Source of the DNA: Nitrosopumilus sp.
GTDB taxonomy: Archaea > Thermoproteota > Nitrososphaeria > Nitrososphaerales > Nitrosopumilaceae
DNA: 64,000 nt
NCBI GenBank assembly: GCA_965238275.1
Contig: OZ250186.1
Location: 1,856,001-1,920,000, forward strand
Direction: 5' to 3'
Below are positions 60,103 through 64,000 of the stretch, piece by piece. The stretch's first letter is position 1. Every line of letters starts with the position of its first letter. The notes beneath the pieces are model-generated. The model was not told where the DNA came from and ran no database searches. It worked only from the letters and a program-made list of their open reading frames with translations. The position numbers were made by a program, and so were the translations under genes.

Positions 60103-60442
60103 GCTTTTTCCTCCTTTAGTCTCTAGATCCTATGCAGAATGTGCCTGACGTGGCAAATCATAAAATCATGTCAGAACTGCGCTAGACGTGGCCATATTTG
60201 AAAATCTCGTCTGCCGTATATTTTACAAATTTGTCTTGCACGTCCATGTGAAAAATCCAGTTTCCAGTATTGGATAATAAGGCACGTCCTGTGGATGTGC
60301 GGCATCCGTCCCCGGGGCGGCAGGTTGTTTCATGGGGAATGGTGGGGGAATTTGCACAAATATTGGATGCCGTGCGCGACATTCCTGCACTGCCTGATGC
60401 CACCTGTCTTTCACTCCGTCAGGCGGCTCGTGCCGCCCTGTC

Positions 60443-61716
60443 TCAGAGGCGCGCCCTTTTTTCGGCCAGCCTTTTGAGAAGGTCCGCGTCCCTGAGTTTT
60501 ATTTCGTCCCACATCAGATCCTGGTTTACCATTCCCGCAATCGCGTTGAGCTCGTCGTTGTACTCCTCCTCGGTGCCGTCGTACGGGTCAGTCAGCCTCT
60601 TGTACTGTTTCAGGCTTCCGATAACGTGCTCTATGGCCACACGGGAGCTGTTTACCCTCTTGTTGTAGGCGCGCTGCTTCTTTGTCAGGCCGCCGGTCTT
60701 TTTGTCGGCTCCACGCTTTTTCTTGTGCGGGTGCCTGATGTGCCATCCGGGATATTCCTCTCTTGTCCCTTGGTAGCCCTTGTCCATCAGGACGTCAGGC
60801 TTTTCTTTTTCGGGCTCCTTCTGGCCCATCCTTGCCGTAATGATTCCAAGGTTTGGCGGATCCTCGTTGAGCAGGGTCTTGTCGTGGACGCTGCCCGGAA
60901 CGGTCTTGCTTATCGCCACTATCACGCGGCGCTTGTTGATCACGATGTTGGTATTGTACGTGTGCGCCTTCTTCTTGCCAGAGTACGTCTTTTTGCGTCT
61001 CTCCTTGTCCGCGGACCTTCTGACCCGGTTGTGCGTGCCGTCCACCATCAGTTCTCCTCCCCTCCTGCCGGGTATTATCTTCTTGCTCTCCTCGAGTGTC
61101 TTGGCCTTTTGTACAGCCTCGCTGATTTTGCGCGGCGCCGTGCCTGTCTCGCCTAGCAGCCTGGTCATCAACGGGAGATACCTGGAGAGCCTCGCTGATT
61201 TTGCGCGGCGCCGTGCCTGTCTCGCCGCAGCCTGGTCATCAACGGGAGATACCTGGAGACGGTGGCCTGGTCGACGCCAAACATCGCGGCAAGGGCTTCC
61301 TGCGGTATGCTCAGCCTTGTCCGAAGCAGCCACGGCAGGTACGCGTGCCTCAGGGGCAGGATGCGCCTGCTCCCGGAGTTTTTCGATCTGTTCTCGATTT
61401 CCCGGAAGAGCGCAGTCTCCCCGTTCCGCTCCAAAAGCTCCTCGAGGCGGTTCAGCGTGTGGCCAAACTTTTCCGGGGTGCGCAGCGTCATGGCGTGCAG
61501 GAATTCCGGATATTTTATGATGTCGTCGAGAACCCTCGACGTGACGGTCCAGTGATCAGTCAGGCGTTCCTTGAGCGCCTCGCACTTCTGTCGGTCTGTC
61601 CTGCGTGCTTCCCTGAGGGCCCTGATCCTCTGCCGGCAGGATTCATCCGACTCCCTGAGCGCCTCGTTTTCCTGCCGTAATCTCTGCACCGTTGGATCAA
61701 CTAGCATTGCCATCAC
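60443..61716 (-). pseudogene. ISL2-like transposase frameshifted by a 71-nt internal tandem duplication (61115-61258)
   Basis: N-part QEALAAMFGVDQATVSR; C-part VDGT, YSGKKKAH, PGSVHD, DKGYQG, RVAIEHVIG. Confidence 0.88.
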
Positions 61717-61838
61717 GGTGTGGCGTAAAAATCACCGATCTTAACGTTTCGGTTATCCTTCTTGGATTGGCATGCTTTACGATTCTGTGGATATTCGGCC
61801 GCATGTGGTGCCGCACGTGGGAATAACCCAATTTAATT

Positions 61839-63608
61839 GTAATTGTTTCGCTTTTTGAAGTACCCCGGATGGCCTAGCGGGCATCCATGGCGCCGGGAAT
61901 GAATCTAATGATTTCGTGCTCGGGACGACAAAGTTAGACCGCCGCGATCCAAATACGAGTGGGTGCCAATCCCTTCGAAGTACCAAATGAAGGAACCGGC
62001 ACACCAGACATGCTTGGAGGTGGAGGAATTTAAGGCAATACACGAGCCCTCCTTACACTTACCACAAATCCTTCCTGATGCCGGGGCGTGCATGAAATCC
62101 GGATGCAGGTGCTGTCGGTTCTGGACAAGGGCACTTGGTGATACGATCGGCTTGACAGGCAAGATCTTGGAGGCTGCTGCCGCCGAAGTTGCAGGCAGGT
62201 CAGGCGCCAACTGCAAGGAGATCGAGGGACTGCAGGCACTCGTCTCATCCCTCACCGAGGACAACAAGAGGTACGCCAAGGCCAACAGGGAGCTTAACGC
62301 CAAGGCCAACAGGATCAACATCCCCACCGTGACCAAGAAAAAGGCAGGCCCAAGGAAGGCCGGCAGGCCCAAGGGGCAAAAACCCACCATCAACTGCAGG
62401 CCAAAACGCGTCGACCGCGTCGAGGAGATCGACTGCAAGGAATGTCCCGACTGTGGCAACGACAATCTTTCGGACGTGACTGACAGGTACGATCGCATCG
62501 TGACTGTCATGCGCGTCATACTGGAAAACGTCAGGTACGTCATCAAGCGGCGCTGGTGCCGCGGGTGCAAAAAACAGGTCTCTGGAAGGGTTCCCGGCGC
62601 GGCAAAACACGCGCGCCGTTCATCAAACTTTGATGCGGCCATGACGTCCCTGAACATGAACGGTTTGTCGCATGCCAGGGCCGCAGAATTTGGCAGCGAC
62701 GCGTGGGGGCACAAAATCTCGCGCCCGTCTGCATACCGCGGCAAGATCAGGCAGGCAGAGCGCATGGCACCGGAGCGTGATTCTGTAAGAAAGCGCGTGT
62801 TAGAGGCGCCACACCTGAACGCAGACGAATTCCACTGGCCGTTGGGCGGCAAACGCGGCTACGGGATAGTGGCCCTGGCAAAAGACGCCTGCCTCGTGGA
62901 GGTGACTGACTCTCGGGACATCAAGACGCTTTGCCACACACTCCCGGACTACGGTGGAACCATAACGCAGGACTCGTATGCAGGATGGCTCCACGTGGGA
63001 TCGTGCCGCCAGATGTGCGTGTGGCATCAGGAACGCCTGGTGCAAAAGGACGTCCTGACCAACCCCAAAGGCGACGTTCCAAAGTTTCTGGACAGGCTGT
63101 CGGCAATCCACGATAAGATTTATCGCGCATCCAGAATCGAGGACGGGCACACGAGGATCGTCGCGGCCCACTGCATAGACGCGGAGCTGCGCGGGCTGAT
63201 GAACGAACCGTTTGCAGACGATGGGCACGGCACCATCGCCAGACACAAGAAGAGGAACCCCCGGGAGGGATACTTTATGACCACCTGCCTGCACGTGGAC
63301 GGCATCGAGCCGGACAACAACGCAGTGGAGAGGGTCAACCGGAGGTTCGTGGCCATAAGGAGCGACGGGGGCGGAAACCGCTCCCAGAAGGGCATGGATG
63401 CCAACTCGATCCTGTTCACGCTGCTGGCAACTGACAGGATCAGCGGAAACAGCTTCTTTAATCACTTGGTCCACTCGTCCTCTGGAGACAGTTGAGGCAT
63501 CGTCTTACGGCACGCGCGGTGCATCACGGGAAAAAAGATTTCACGGTAAGGGAAAGGCTGCACCCGCTCCACTGTTAGGCAGGCCACTTCAAAAAGCGAA
63601 ACTGTTAC
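61839..63608 (+). mobile_element. IS66-family element (type F, copy 2)
   Basis: Same TIR family; 8-bp TSD ATTTAATT at 61831-38 and 63609-16. Confidence 0.95.
61963..63495 (+). CDS. IS66-family transposase
   Basis: Paralogue of 58453..60000. Confidence 0.92.
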   Translation: MPIPSKYQMKEPAHQTCLEVEEFKAIHEPSLHLPQILPDAGACMKSGCRCCRFWTRALGDTIGLTGKILEAAAAEVAGRSGANCKEIEGLQALVSSLTEDNKRYAKANRELNAKANRINIPTVTKKKAGPRKAGRPKGQKPTINCRPKRVDRVEEIDCKECPDCGNDNLSDVTDRYDRIVTVMRVILENVRYVIKRRWCRGCKKQVSGRVPGAAKHARRSSNFDAAMTSLNMNGLSHARAAEFGSDAWGHKISRPSAYRGKIRQAERMAPERDSVRKRVLEAPHLNADEFHWPLGGKRGYGIVALAKDACLVEVTDSRDIKTLCHTLPDYGGTITQDSYAGWLHVGSCRQMCVWHQERLVQKDVLTNPKGDVPKFLDRLSAIHDKIYRASRIEDGHTRIVAAHCIDAELRGLMNEPFADDGHGTIARHKKRNPREGYFMTTCLHVDGIEPDNNAVERVNRRFVAIRSDGGGNRSQKGMDANSILFTLLATDRISGNSFFNHLVHSSSGDS

Positions 63609-63783
63609 ATTTAATTCAGTTTTTTAAATCAGGCACATTCTGCATGAGATCTACTGTTTCAAGGAATCAATTATCCCAAAGATAACATCGCCAAAATGTT
63701 TCCAACAAGGGGAGAAATTCAGTGTATGAACTGTAAACTGCACATATGGTTTACCCACAAGGAGTGCCATTTGTAAAAAACTA

Positions 63784-64000
63784 TACTAACGATCAAAAGT
63801 CTGTGCAGTGTCATATTTCCGGCTGGTAAAGTTGAGAAGGTCAAGCTTGAACCGGACGGTTCGATAATACAACGAAACAGCCAGGTGCATGTCTTGGAAT
63901 GTCTTGTAATATTCGGAGACCAGCAGGATGCGCTTTTCCTGGTGCCAGCATTCCTCCATCGCGTTGAGGTACGGCGAACACTTTGGTAAATAGATCATCT
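63784..64000 (-). mobile_element. IS630-family element, right end and transposase C-terminus (runs off the window)
   Basis: YLPKCSPYLNAMEECW; terminus TA|TACTAACGATCAAAAGT related to 17255. Confidence 0.9.

Larger units (their letters stand above)
60126..63651 (-). mobile_element. ISL2-like (IS5 superfamily, DDE_Tnp_4) element carrying a nested IS66
   Basis: Inverted repeats TAGATCCTATGCAGAATGTGCCTGA (60124-48) and TAGATCTCATGCAGAATGTGCCTGA (rc 63629-53), TA at both ends. Confidence 0.8.

Noticed and set aside
59096-60148. 350-aa ORF also present at 61905..62852
   Set aside because: Antisense to the IS66 transposase; its recurrence only reflects the IS duplication.
60443-61716. Programmed ribosomal frameshift in the two-ORF transposase
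   Set aside because: Fully explained by the 71-nt duplication; no slippery site needed.

Overview
Archaeal chromosome segment. Gene content points to Nitrosopumilaceae (Thaumarchaeota): purL/purF/purE/purK, two PurP-family ligases, tatC-tatA, ubiX, bioF-bioB-bioA-bioD, HMG-CoA synthase, archaeal type II GAPDH, thrC, ilvA, cbtA/cbtB, and TATA boxes ~30 bp upstream of start codons. The GC content (by eye) looks too high for free-living Nitrosopumilus, which suggests a host-associated lineage (inference). Housekeeping genes are intact, but about 20 IS elements or remnants (IS630, IS66, three IS5 types, ISL2-like, IS481, IS6-like) fill roughly 40% of the window by my hand sum. Most have readable terminal inverted repeats and target-site duplications, and several are nested. 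No rRNA, tRNA, CRISPR or cas genes were seen. Best leads: (1) six insertions from unrelated IS types sit just upstream of host TATA boxes; (2) several unrelated transposases end in encoded Ala-rich tails; (3) an AT-rich island encodes an ATPase-less Cdc48 N-domain fusion next to a catalytically dead trypsin-like fusion; (4) an IS6-like SWIM/Zn-ribbon transposase has a divergent AbrB-like partner and a 3' hairpin; (5) inverted clusters of a ~21-bp motif bracket an orphan membrane-protein gene. Some local duplications carry deletion-rich errors and may be long-read assembly artefacts. All family calls come from motif recognition by eye, not database searches.
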